64,000 bases of DNA from Octopus sinensis. Its lineage: Eukaryota. The notes under the pieces are model-generated. The model worked only from the letters and a program-made list of their open reading frames with translations. It was not told where the DNA came from and did not search any database. Shown here piece after piece: positions 51,781-64,000 of this stretch. The stretch lies in NCBI RefSeq assembly GCF_006345805.1, contig NC_042997.1, positions 203,050,001-203,114,000 of the forward strand, written 5' to 3'. How positions within the stretch are numbered: the first letter of the stretch is position 1; the number at the start of each line of letters is the position of its first letter. Position numbers and translations under genes: made by a program.

Positions 51781-52494
51781 AGTGGTGGTTTGGGGTTTGG
51801 TCTCACTGTAAGTGACTTGTACTGAATGGAACTGGTAGTTGAAAATTGTATGGAGACTGTCTGTGTAAACCTAATTGGTGCATGTGTGCATGAATGTGAA
51901 AATAGTGATTCTGCAAGTTTTATTAACATGGTATGACCAAAAACAACATCATTTATGTTCTCCAGTAAACAAAAATCCCATTGTTCAGTGGCTGTGCTGC
52001 TTTTGACATGAGAGGACCAGAGTGGAATTATAATCTTGTATGTGGGAAACAAGTAAGAATTAATGAGAGGAAGATGAGCCAGCAATAGAAAAAAAAAAAA
52101 AACTGTCCCAGTAAGTCTCGTCTAACCAAGGCCAACATAGAAAAACACAAATGAAAATGACAACAATTGTGATTATGATGATTAATGATGCTTACAATCA
52201 ATGACATTGCCACAGATTGATGACATTAACAATGATTGATGATGAGGTTGAATGAAAGTGACAATGATGATTGATAAAAATGACAAGAAATGATTGATGA
52301 TGATGGTGATGATGATGCTTGATGATGTCTAAAATTTGTTCTGCTAGAAAGTGTAACATCTTGGACACACAGTTGGTAGGTAACAATTCGGAAGGAGCAG
52401 GATAAGGTAAACATTTTACTTTAATGATGCAGTAAACTATTCTCATACAGAATACACTGGACACACATAGAGACATATAAAGTACTTTGAAATA

Positions 52495-52690
52495 CCTATT
52501 TCTTTACTATCCACAAGGGGCTAAACACAGAGGGGACAAACAAGGACAAACGGATTAAGTCGATTACATCAACCCCAGTAACTGGTACTTATTTAATCGA
52601 CCCTAAAAGAATTTGAACTCAGAACATAGCGGCAGATGAAATACCGCTAAGCATTTCGCCCGACGTGCTAACGTTTTTGCCAGCTCACCA
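52495..52690 (-). mobile_element. SINE family B with internal deletion
   Basis: Aligns with 12877-13110 but lacks the ggatgaaagacaaagtcgacctcgg segment. Confidence 0.85.
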
Positions 52691-52740
52691 GCAACAAACT
52701 TAATCCGATTTATGGATAAACAAACACACACTTCAGTTAG

Positions 52741-52807
52741 AAAGAAAGGTTTTGAATAGATTTTATCATCAATTGATTACAAATCATAGACATATATATA
52801 ATAATAT

Positions 52808-52855
<48 letters not shown>

Positions 52856-52971
52856 TATATATATATGTACATATATGTATGCATATATATATATTTATGT
52901 TATTTATATTATTATATATATGTCTATGATTTGTAATCAATTGATGATAAAATTTATTCAAACCTTTCTTT
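52741..52971. repeat. palindrome with ~66-bp arms around an (AT)n core
   Basis: aaagaaaggttttgaatagattttatcatcaattgattacaaatcatagacatatatataataatat is mirrored with 1 mismatch and a 1-nt gap. Confidence 0.95.
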
Positions 52972-54449
52972 ATATATATATATGCATATGTGGGCACAGG
53001 ACGTCACGAAACGTGTACAACAAAAAAATATGAAGCACGAGTACATGGAACATGAACTATTTTTTCAAACAACGAAAGACACAAATGGAAATCAAAACAA
53101 ACAACATAAAGAACAACCCTTCATCAGTTGTTGGCTGTTTTTTTAGTCTTGTATTTCGAGCTATGTATATATTGCAGTAAAATATTGAAAGTGAAGAATC
53201 AATCTCACACACTGGTGTGAAAAATAAACATTTAAGGAATTCAATCATGTCTAGATTATGGAGTGGGAGGAGAATCCACCATCATAATGTATTTTGGTTA
53301 TATTTTTAAGTGTCTAAGAAAATATCAATATCAATGGCTTACTATTGAAGTAATTGATTCTTCTTGATAGGGAAAACTTTTCTGATAACTTTATCACAAA
53401 ACAATCTATTCACAAAATTATGCATAGTGTATCTATTCAAAATATGAATATCTGATTGCTGTTTGTTTTCATTATTGGAGAACATCTTCCTTTAGCCAAT
53501 GTGTATTCATAAGGGGACTTTGAGAGTGGTGTTCCAGACTTATTGTGTCTCCTTAGTCGAAGCTACCCTGGACTGATGAATCTAAAAAAAGCAGAGCAAA
53601 CAAATCATTTGCTGATGCATGCTTCAAGGTCCCCTTACCAGGGGATCATATGTATTATGAACACACATCATCTAAAGGGAGATGTTCTCCTCTGAGGGAT
53701 AACGACAGCAATCAGATATTCGCATTCGAATCTGACAGAACATTAAGAAAGAATAGATACATTATTGTTTAGATTCCTGCTGTTCTACATGCACTTCAGG
53801 AATTATTATCTGTTTGGTAGACATCAACACACATCAGAAAGTAATTTGTTTGCCGATTTCTATAAACAAGATGCACACACACTCTTGAGCATAAAAAAAA
53901 AAGTGGTTCTTCTCATCAAACAACTTAAGCATTCCTTTTATAAGAGAATCAGTGATGTATAACTTCTGTGATAACCTTATGACTTTTACTCTCTCTCCTC
54001 TCAAAACACCATCCATAATCAATGCACTATATCATACCCAGTAAATACAACCAAATTAAAACCAAACAAAACATCCCTCATACTCAGCACACAAAAAGTC
54101 AATGAAACATTCTTAATGCATCGTTAACAATCTCATTCTAACATTCAGCATAATTTCTACTCGTCTCCTTCATATCAGACCATTTCTCACAATTTTCATT
54201 GTGAATTAGATTGAACAAGGAAACAAAAACCAATCACATAGTCTTGTAATATTGTAGAAACCATAAACAGCAACAATTAAACCTTCAACATTATCCTCTG
54301 TCACCATCAAAACAGAAACTTGGCGCCATTAAGCAAGGATTACACCAATTATTTTATTTCTTTTTTCTATATTTTCCTTCTAAAATCTGCTTTTCCACTT
54401 AACCATAACCCAATATTCTAGCTTATTTTCACTTTCATTGACAGTTTCA

Positions 54450-54846
54450 TAGGTGCAGGACTGGCTGTGTGGTAAGTAGCTTGCTTACCAACCACACGGT
54501 TCCAGGTTCATTCCCACTGCATGGCATCTTGGGCAAGTGTCTTCTACTATAGCCTCAGGCCAACCAAAACCTTGTGAGTGGATTTGGTAGATGGAAACTG
54601 AAAGAAGCCTATCGTATATATGTATATATATATATATGTGTATATGTTTGTGTGACTGTGTTTGCCCCCCAACATTGCTTGACAACCGATGGGGTGTGTT
54701 TATGTCCCCGTAACTTAGCGGTTTGGCAAAAAAGACCAATAGAATAAGTACTAGGTTTCCAAAGAATAAGCTCTGGGGTCGACTTGCTCGACTAAAGGCA
54801 GTGCTCCAGCATGGCCGCAGTCAAATGACTGAAACAAGTAAAAGAG
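54450..54846 (+). mobile_element. SINE family A
   Basis: Full head-to-tail match to the family. Confidence 0.9.
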
Positions 54847-54849
54847 TCA

Positions 54850-55190
54850 CTATCAGCTGTCCATATTCAATGCTGACATGGGTCAGATGGTTTGATAGGA
54901 TCCAATGGATCCAAGGACTGCATCATGCTCCATTGCCTACTGTGGCTTGATTTCTATGGCTGGGCAACCTCCCTAATGCCAACCACTTAACAGCATGGAC
55001 TGGATGCATTTTGTGGTACCCACACTAGTGAGGTTATCATGTAGCCAGCAAGACCAAGATCCCCTTTCGATTGGGACAACAGAAGAGACAGGGTAGCTTT
55101 ATGCTCTGGGATGAGATGTTAAAGTGAGAGAGAGTGCCAGGAGAGAACAGATTTCTAGCTGTAGAGGAGCTACATGTCTGTTCACACAAA
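54850..55190 (-). mobile_element. family C repeat abutting the SINE A tail
   Basis: ccatattcaatgctgacatgggtcagatgg ... ccctaatgccaaccact. Confidence 0.65.
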
Positions 55191-56964
55191 AGAGAGAAAC
55201 GACAGGATGGAACTAGAGAGAGAGAAATATGTATGTAGGGTGGAGCTGACAAACAGGATAGACAGAGATCAAAACATGAGTGTATATATGTGTCTATCTA
55301 CCTATCTATCTATCCATATAGATGTATATGAATAAAATCAAAGACTCGGGCATTTACAAATGTTTAGTGAATGTAACATTTACCTGGAAGAATTGGTTCA
55401 CCATCAATATTTGTGAGATGGCAACAAACATCTTGTACACCTAACATATACATTCAGAAAGGGATCACATAATACACAGACTCAATTACTTCTACATTAC
55501 ATTATATATTTAATCATTCTCTAAAATAATTCTGGTGTCATGATCCCTTCATAAAACATATGGTATGAAGCAATTTATCTGAGCAACAAAGATTTACAAT
55601 GTTTAACCTACTTTCATCTCATTCAGCTTTAGTGCAATGTGAATGCTACAGGCTTTCTTAATAGTGTTCTTACTCCAAAATATATCTCCTAATATAGAAG
55701 CCATTCTTTCTTAAGTCACTCCTAAACCTCTCACCGTACCCCTCTCCTTACTGGTATTTCCTTTCAACTACACCTCTATCTTTGTCCACCTACATCCACT
55801 CCAATTTTTAACTGTTACTCCCTGTTCACACTTTCATGAAAATATTCACTATCACGTTCTCTCTCCTCCCCGCGCATGATTCATTATTTGTATTTTCTCT
55901 CATGCTCACCATCTTGTTCTTTGAGGTACTCCATCACTACCTTCCTTTTATCTCCTTCAGCCATGTATCTCCTCCATAGAAAGACACCCATGCTTGTCCC
56001 TCTATCATACTTTCATCTTTCAATATCTGACAAAGGGCCACCTTCCCCTCTCAAATACTCTCCCCCAAGTAGTGGGAGCTTTTCCCTCTTTGCCTGTTCT
56101 TTTTCTGTCTTGCAACTTACTTGGCATTCTTGTTAGTGCCAGTAGCACAAAAATCCCACCCAAAACACTCTGTAAAGTGGTTGGCATTAGGAAGGGCATC
56201 CAGACAGAGATTATGCTAAAGCTCTCTCAGCTTGACAGTCTTGCACTTGCCAGATCCCTTCAAACCATCCAACCCATACCAGCATGGAATGATGATGAAG
56301 AGGATGAGAGAATCACTCCATATAATCTATGGGTGTATAACGTAAATTCTCTTAGACAACTATATCTATGTCACTAAATCTACCTCAATGCAAAATTTTA
56401 TTCCAGATGAATAACACAATGTTACTTAATGTTACACAATGCTAAACCTGCTAGAAATAACTGTCAAATCTCCCTCAAATCACACTATACCATCTTTAAA
56501 AAGGAGGACAATATGAAAATATGACATATTCATGGCTGGAATGCCTTTGATCATAGATCTGCTTGATCAGGACTGGCCTGTAGTTAATATTTTTCTAGAG
56601 GAAATACTTAGAAAGTGATGATAGGTTGTCAATACGGAAGTTAAAGATAATTTGAGATGGGGGGAGGGATGAGAAGTTTCAGATTTTGGCTTTGCAAAGG
56701 GAATGAAGTCAGAAGAAAAAAGTGGTGTTGTAGATTAAGTGAAATTAGAAAGGAACTGAAGTTGAAGGTTGTGTGTGAGGTGAGAGGGATGGCCAAGAGA
56801 AAGGGCAAAAAGCTAAAGGTGAAAGGTGGACAAAAACAAAGCAAAAAAATTAGAGACATAGTGAGAAGAGTGAGTGCTTGAAATAAAGATAAATAGAAAG
56901 AAAAGATGGAGTGTGAGAGGAAGGGGGAGGGGAAAACTGAGGGAGACAAAGAATAGTAACTATT

Positions 56965-57066
56965 CAAAGGCACACGAGAGGCTGTGTGGTAAGTAGCTTG
57001 CTTACCAACCACATGGTTCTGGGTTCATTCCCACTGCGTGACACCTTGGGCGAGTGTCTTCTACTA
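56965..57066 (+). mobile_element. SINE head only, 3'-truncated
   Basis: ggctgtgtggtaagtagcttgcttaccaaccacatggttctgggttcattccc...gtgtcttctactat, then an abrupt switch to other sequence. Confidence 0.8.
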
Positions 57067-57519
57067 TTATCATGTAGCCAGCAAGACCAAGATCCCCTTT
57101 CGATGGGGACAATAGAAGAGACAGGGTAGCTTTATGCTCTGGAGGATGAGAGAGGAGCCTCCAATTTACTAAAAACACCAGCCTTCAAATTATACTCTAC
57201 TAAGACACATTTAACAATGTAGTCCATGATATATATAGTCAGACATCGGGACAACAGTCTTTTGTCAGTTCTGTTTTAAGATCATTATTTTTTCCTTGCT
57301 GGGATGGTTCATATGGAACTTGTCGGGGAAAATTTTCTACAGCTGGATGCTCTTTTTGTCACTAACCCTTATCTATTTTCCAAGTGAAGTCATTTTTTGA
57401 AGCCAATGGTCTTCAATCAAAAGCTGAAGCTATAGGGGACTTTTCACTTACCAGAGAATGTAAACAAAGCTATTGTTTATAGTCAAACCATGTTAATGAT
57501 GGCATGGAATCAATCACAC

Positions 57520-57690
57520 ACACAAATACACACATGTAGGATTAGGGACTTCTCAGTTCCCATCTATGAAACCCACTTATAAGGCATTGGTTGATATGAG
57601 ATTATTAAAAAACACCCAAGGTGCCTTACAGTGGGACTGAACCCAGAACCATATGTAATAAACTTCATAACCACACATTGATGCCTTCAC
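57520..57690 (-). mobile_element. SINE head half, degenerate
   Basis: cagtgggactgaacccagaaccat motif. Confidence 0.6.
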
Positions 57691-58359
57691 CTGAGACACA
57701 TATGAGATGTTTATATACAAAGACAAAAGGATTATGGTTTGAACAATTTTGATCACAAGTTTGTTTGATCAGAGCTGACCCAGGGCTAAACAACAGCAAT
57801 TATTTACAGATCCACACATAAACAGACATATGCACATACTCACAAACCTGTACACAGAAGCAGGCACAACTCAGCCAGTTTATTTGTATAGAACAATGTT
57901 ATTAATTTTGAATGAAAAGAAGAGTGGATCAGCATTATGCTGACATGATTAAACCATTTCCAAATAGCTTTAATGTAATACTTTCTGGCCATAAAGACTT
58001 TTTTGTCAGGCTGGCAATAACCAACACAAGAAATATGTTCTCGTATAAAAGTTAACTTTTCATGTGCATCAAATCATAATCTCGGTTAATGGAAGTCTAT
58101 TATACACATTTTAGACAAACATTTGTGTATTTAGCCAGTAGAATGTTTTGTCCAAGGTATGTTCCCATCAGTCAAATTGTTTTAAAATATAATTTATTAA
58201 AATGAATTTAATTCTTTGAAATAGATAAAATATTTTAATAAGAATATTACTGAAGTGGTGTTTTAAAGGGTAGTGAGGGGTTGAATGAGGAATGGCAGCA
58301 GTTACATAATCAATTTGTTAACAGAATCTCTTAGAAAAGATTATAGATACAAATGAGGT

Positions 58360-58820
58360 TGTGTGGCAAAGGAGCTTACTTCAGGTTCAATCTGACTATG
58401 TGGCACTTTGGGCAAATATTTTCTACTCTAGTCTGAAGCTAACCAAAGCAGTGTGAATGGGTTTGATTGATGACAACTGAAAGAAGCTGTGTGTGTACAC
58501 GCGCACGCATATATGCAAATATAGTTAGACAGATACATACATATGTATACATGTGTGTATATGTATATATGTGTGTATGTATATATTTTTGTGCCTCGTT
58601 TACTAGACAAAGTAATAGCTTAAACGAGTGTCACAAGCAATGTCATTCATTTTCAATATTCTACAAAACCTTGTTTGGCCATGAGGAAATATTACTTTGC
58701 TTGGAAACAGGTGAGGCTGGCAACAGGAAGAGGATTCAGTCATCAGAAATCTGATAATTCCACCTGACCCATGCCAGCATGGAAAAGTGGATGTGAAAAC
58801 AATAATGATTATGATGATGT
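58360..58820 (+). mobile_element. SINE family D
   Basis: Head remnant plus gaggaaatattactttgcttggaaacaggtgag ... ccatgccagcatggaaaagtggatg. Confidence 0.7.
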
Positions 58821-61718
58821 GTATTATTATTTTTTTCTTCAGGCAATAAAATGTTTAGTTTGGTTATCTTGCAGAAAAGTACCATCATAAACTGATTTCT
58901 AAATGTAACATAAAAATTATAATTAATATTATGGTGAAAGTGGTGTTAAAAAAAAACCATAAAGAAATAAAACTCTGGTAATGAATTGAGAATCTATGCA
59001 CAGAAATGATAGATTGTTGGAATATAGGGCAGACGTATTGATAGTAAGAACAAGGGGTGGCCATGGGGTGGGAGTATCTATTACAGCGTACCATCATTGT
59101 AAAAAGAAAAAAAATTTAAATTAAAGAAAATATGAAAAAGGTAAATTTTATTTTAAATTGTTGATTGAAATCATTTCAAGAAATTTTAACAAAGCTATAT
59201 CTAAAATATTGAAAATGATTCTGTAGAATCATTAAGGGGGAAGAGGACAAGAATCAATAAATTTGTTCGAATGTGATTTTGGATGATTTAATTAGAGATG
59301 GAAACAGAAGATATAGGAAAATGGCATATTAATATGACAGTGGATATTATCTTGTCTTCAGTGATAACCATGAAATTACATCAGAGTTTCAGAGAAGCAT
59401 TTTATAGTTTCACCAATATCATATGCAGACCATTGTTAGAAATGAATCAAGAAAGAATCCAAAGTTGTGAATAAGAAGAAAAGAATAAAAAATAGTGTTT
59501 AAACATTGTAACAAATTACTGAAGATACTTAATGACAATGTAACGGTGGAGGAGTGAAAACCAGAGAAAATTGATAATGGAGATAGTTTAGGATGGCAAC
59601 AATTATTATTATGAACTAGCAAGAATATTGTAATAAATATAGCATACAATATTAGATGTAAAATTATAATTGCATGATGAAAGGAAGGAAAGAAGAATGC
59701 TAAATTCTTCATCATAATTATAAATGGGAATGATTTATTTTGACAAGATTAAATTATAAAAGGACACAGATTAAAATTAACCCATCTCAATTCTCACCAG
59801 ATATTACTGATACTTATATTTCTTTCATCTGGATCAAATACCAAAGCTGACTCAGGCGGAATGTCATCTCAAACAAATCAGATACTCAACTAAATACAGT
59901 ACCAAGTGTAGAGGTCGACTCTACATTTCATACTGTTTAATATCGGAGATGAATGTAAAGTTTTCTTTACTGTAATAATGTGTTATTAGAAAGAGACATA
60001 TCTAAAGATGTTATTTATTACACATGAATAATTTAATTCTTCTGATTAGACACACAGTTTTAGATTTATTACAGAGAGGAAATGAAATAGTGATGTTCAG
60101 GTTAAATAAAACAGAGAAGCCAAATTGATCATATATTCATCTTCTGAGAACCTACCTCCACCACTCAACACTTGTAAATAATTAAGTCAGTCTTTTGCTA
60201 ACATCTGTAAACTTTACTTCATAAATCACCATCAGACCTTAATCTATGATGATGCACTTCTCTCTTCTCCAATAACTTCAACATCAGAACACACATTACT
60301 ACAATCTTGCCTCGACTCTCAAATAATAGCTTGTTTACATCTGCCTTGCAGCTTCCCTTTGTGCTTTGCTATATTGCTTGCCTTCAATAATATCAAACTA
60401 TAACTTTCTCCCAGGCCAAAGAGCCTTAACAATTATTTAAGGCAAACAGTTCACAAGTTAATGATAATCTAGTGAAATGTAATGAAATTGCTGACCTCCT
60501 TGCTATGGTTAACAACCAATGGTGAAAGAGGATTGTGTGAACATCTCTTATGATGTTTACCTTTTATGGAAATGGAAGAGGATGTTGAAGGTGAGCAGAA
60601 CAATTATTAAATTTTAACACTTCTCACTTAAAACTGATAGCTCCAACAACTCCAGTTTGGAAATTATCATTTCGGAAAAATATATTTAGACAATAATCCC
60701 TAACCCAGAATTAATTTCATGTGTGTGCATGGGCGCATGCACGTGCACGCCCCTGTGAATGTGTGTGTGCATGCCCCAGTGCACACATGGACTGGGGAGG
60801 TGAAATGGTGGACATGTATAGAAAAGCTAAAATAATTCTAGATATGGGAATTAAATTGAAGATCTATATAATTTATTATCCATATATAACAATAACCAAT
60901 GTAAATGTTGGTGGGTTGATTTCTCCAGTCCCGTTTTACATCATACAGAGAGGAGGAGAGAGTAAAAGAGAGTTAACAAGAGGTGTAAGATAAGTGCACA
61001 TACAGGGCTTGGTGGTAAACAATGAGTAGATGAACATTCATTTGCTCAATGTTTGTCATCAAGCCTAGTAAGTGCATTCACCCTGCAACTCTCATATTAA
61101 CTCTCTCTGTAACTATCTTTCAAAATATTCACTCCACTTTTAATTAAGTCACTAAAGCAATAAAAACTATCAACAACCTAGCAAGAGCCTTCCAAGTGTT
61201 TAAAGTAATATATTTTATGTGTAATCTAACAGCTAACTATGACTGAATCTGTTACATATGAAGTCTACATTCCCTGTGATTGCACCCAAAGTTTAAAATA
61301 TATGAAATTTCTATTTACTCCTTTTCTGTAGCACCACTTTCCTGATGGTAGTACAATCCTTTTGCATTTCTTGCAACCATAGCTTTAATCCTTACAAGAT
61401 TTACTTGTAAGACCTGAGCCTTGATGTACATCCACCTGCAAACTAAATTCCAGGATGAACTTAACTCACCTGGCTAATGACATCATGTTACCTTCCACCT
61501 GGCTGGAAACTTGCACCAGCAACATAAGTTCTGCGACCCCCACTCCCCCAGCATATTATCTTGTACCTCATCTCCAGTTGTCTCTGTGTTATAAGTCCCT
61601 ATCTACTCCTTCCTTCTGTCAAATGCATCAAATAGTTTGTTTTTTTTTAACCAATGACTGGCCAAAGGCTTCCATATCTTCTGCAGGTTGTCTTGTGTCT
61701 CTGGGTCAAAATTAGTTC

Positions 61719-62120
61719 AGGTCCTGGAGTGGCTGTGTGGTAAGTAGCTTGCTTACCAGCCACATGGTCCCAGGTTCATTCCTACAGCGTGACACCTTGG
61801 ACAAGTGCCTTCTACTATAGCCTTGGTCTAACCAAAGCCTTGCGAGTGGATTTGGTAGATGGAAACTGAAAGAAGCCCGTCGTATACATATATATATATA
61901 TATATATATATGTTTGTGTGTGTGCTTGTCCCGCCCAACATCATTTGATAACCGATGCTAGTGTGTTTACATCCCCATCACTGTCACTTAGCGGTTAGGC
62001 AAGAGAGACTGATAGAATAAGTACTAGGCTTACAAAGAATAAGTCCAGGGATCTATTTGTTTGACTATAGGTGGTGCCCAAGCATGGCTGCAGTCAAATG
62101 ACACAAATAAAAGAATAAAA
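61719..62120 (+). mobile_element. SINE family A
   Basis: Full head-to-tail match. Confidence 0.9.
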
Positions 62121-63299
62121 GGGTATCCACAGTACAACATGTCCCTTAAAACTGTTGACCCAGATAATGAAGTTGCTGTCAGTAGACTGTCTGCAGAAGG
62201 GTCTCAAAAACGTGATCCCTCTATTTTTCTGCCAACCTTAATTGTAGTGCATATGAAAAAATGTTGCTACCATGCTGGCAGTAAGTAACCCAACTTTAAT
62301 TACTGTATCTATCCATCCCTCAGCTAACAATATACCTACCCAGCACATCATATCACTGTTACTCATCCACAATAATGTTTACCATTGTTCCTTGGCCTGA
62401 GGCCCCTCTCTATTTGACCCCTTGTTTACAGCACACATCCATTCACCTGCATTCCAACTCCTTTGAATCTCTCCTCACCTACCTTTCCCCGTGCTGACAC
62501 CGAAACAGCCCTGAAGCTGAGGGATTATTTATTAATGTGTTGCAAAATATACTGAGGATCAGAGTAGTAAGAAGCCCTTGATGAACCCCATATTAACTTC
62601 TAGTAAAGTGATGATTTTATTTGAGAACAATTCACAAACACAACATAGCTCTGTATTTTACTGTGACCATTATTAAATAAGTTCATCAAACATCCTTCAT
62701 TCATTATTTTTAACTAAAAAGGAATGGGGAAGACCACAGTTCATTTGCAAGAAATGACTGGTAAAGTCTGTTGGGGAAAAGTTTCCCAATATAAATATTG
62801 CAGATCTATGAATGAAGGAGAGAAATGTTGGGGAGGGGACAGAATCAGAATTAATAAATAGCTTAGGAAAGCTTAGAAGGATTATTGCTGAAGATTACAT
62901 GCTGAATGTTTCTATCAATGAGCGACAGGATTACTGTTGTCAAAACAGATATCAAAGCCAGCATATATCTACATTGTACACCAAGTTAAAACAACAGTGT
63001 AAAACTACTACAGATAACATCAGGTTTCAAAGCTAGTACAAATCATATAAAAAAAAATTTGTGTGTGTGTGTGTATGTGTGTGCACGTGCATGCATGTAT
63101 GTGTGTGCATGTGCACTAATGTGTAATTTAGTTTTCTAGTAGAAATATGAAACTGCTGTAATGAATAAACCTTTCATACTTTGAAACATAGAAAACAAAA
63201 TTTGACAGGGCAGTCATTCTTAATCACTCGCAAAAACACAGATATTGAGGAGTTGGCGGCTCCTTTAAATTGGAACAGTTAAAGAGATTATTTTGATAT

Positions 63300-63696
63300 A
63301 CTCTTTTACTTGTTTCGGTCATTTGACTGTGGCCATGCTGGAGCACCGCCTTTAGTCGAGCAAATCGACCCCGGGACTTATTCTTTGTAAGCCCAGTACT
63401 TATTCTATCGGTCTCTTTTGCCGAACCGCTAAGTGACGGGGACGTAAACACACCAGCATCGGTTGTCAAGCAATGCCAGGGGGACAAACACAGACACACA
63501 AACACACACATATATATATATATATACATATATACGACAGGCTTCTTTCAGTTTCCGTCTACCAAATCCACTCACAAGGCATTGGTTGGCCCGGGGCTAT
63601 AGCAGAAGACACTTGCCCAAGATGCCACACAGTGGGACTGAACCCGGAACCATGTAGTTGGTTAGCAAGCTACTTACCACACAGCCACTCCTGCGC
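63300..63696 (-). mobile_element. SINE family A, full length, young
   Basis: Close to 3965-4413. Confidence 0.9.
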
Positions 63697-63711
63697 ATTG
63701 AACATTTCAGC

Positions 63712-64000
63712 TCATCACCATTATCATTTAATGTCCATCATCCATGCCGGCATGAGTTGGATGGTTTGACTGTATACAATTGACCTGAGGCTGTGTTGGG
63801 CTCTAATGTCTGCTTTGACAAAGCTTCTAGGGTTGCATGCCCTTCTTAATGCCAGCCAGCACACAGAGTGTATTGGGTGTTTTGTTTATCATGGTAGCAC
63901 AACTAGTGAAGTCATTAAGTAACTTGTCAGATCATGAATGGCTGGATGTGTAAGAAGGTTCATGAGGGTGTGACAGGAGAGTGACAGATGGTAAAGATGA
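63712..64000 (-). mobile_element. family C repeat, runs to the window end
   Basis: atcatttaatgtccatcatccatgccggcatgagttggatgg ... cccttcttaatgccagcc. Further degenerate family C copies at ~7672-7872, 8420-8620, 15500-15712, 38000-38190, 45430-45800 and 56130-56305. Confidence 0.7.

Noticed and set aside
50571-52476. Several His/Thr/Asp-rich short ORFs
   Set aside because: Products of (cat/gat)n trinucleotide tracts and repeat tails, with no splice or homology support.
53085-53135. CUGAUGA on the minus strand in a repeat-like segment
   Set aside because: No stem II closing onto GAAA, so not a hammerhead.
62061-62288. 75-aa plus-strand ORF ending near a gtaagt donor-like site
   Set aside because: It starts inside a SINE tail, has no acceptor and no recognisable similarity.
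44859-64000. Search for the next upstream conserved alpha-catulin exon
   Set aside because: No segment encoding the expected upstream motif was found by eye; it probably lies beyond 64000, though a short exon could have been missed.

Overview
AT-rich eukaryotic DNA whose repeat families look like those of octopus (coleoid cephalopod); the taxon is inferred from recalled repeat consensus, not from a search. The window is the middle of one large minus-strand gene, alpha-catulin (CTNNAL1, vinculin/alpha-catenin family). Six GT-AG coding exons were traced by hand (44655-44858, 36282-36368, 30292-30450, 14022-14114, 8017-8202, 122-172). They splice in frame to a 260-aa stretch, and both ends of the gene lie outside the window. 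The introns (5.8-16.2 kb, plus at least 19 kb upstream) are filled with tRNA-derived SINEs, RTE and CR1 LINE 3' fragments, a mariner remnant, an internally deleted piggyBac with its TTAA MITEs, and microsatellites. Most ORFs in the supplied track are repeat or microsatellite noise. The most notable signals are (1) a minimal hammerhead-ribozyme motif on the pre-mRNA sense strand, inside a 230-bp inverted insertion with a perfect 13-bp target-site duplication, and (2) several fold-back hairpins (14, 37, ~66 and ~66 bp arms), at least two exactly at retroelement truncation junctions. No rRNA, tRNA gene or CRISPR array was found. Repeat boundaries are approximate to about 10-20 bp unless a TSD or TIR is given.
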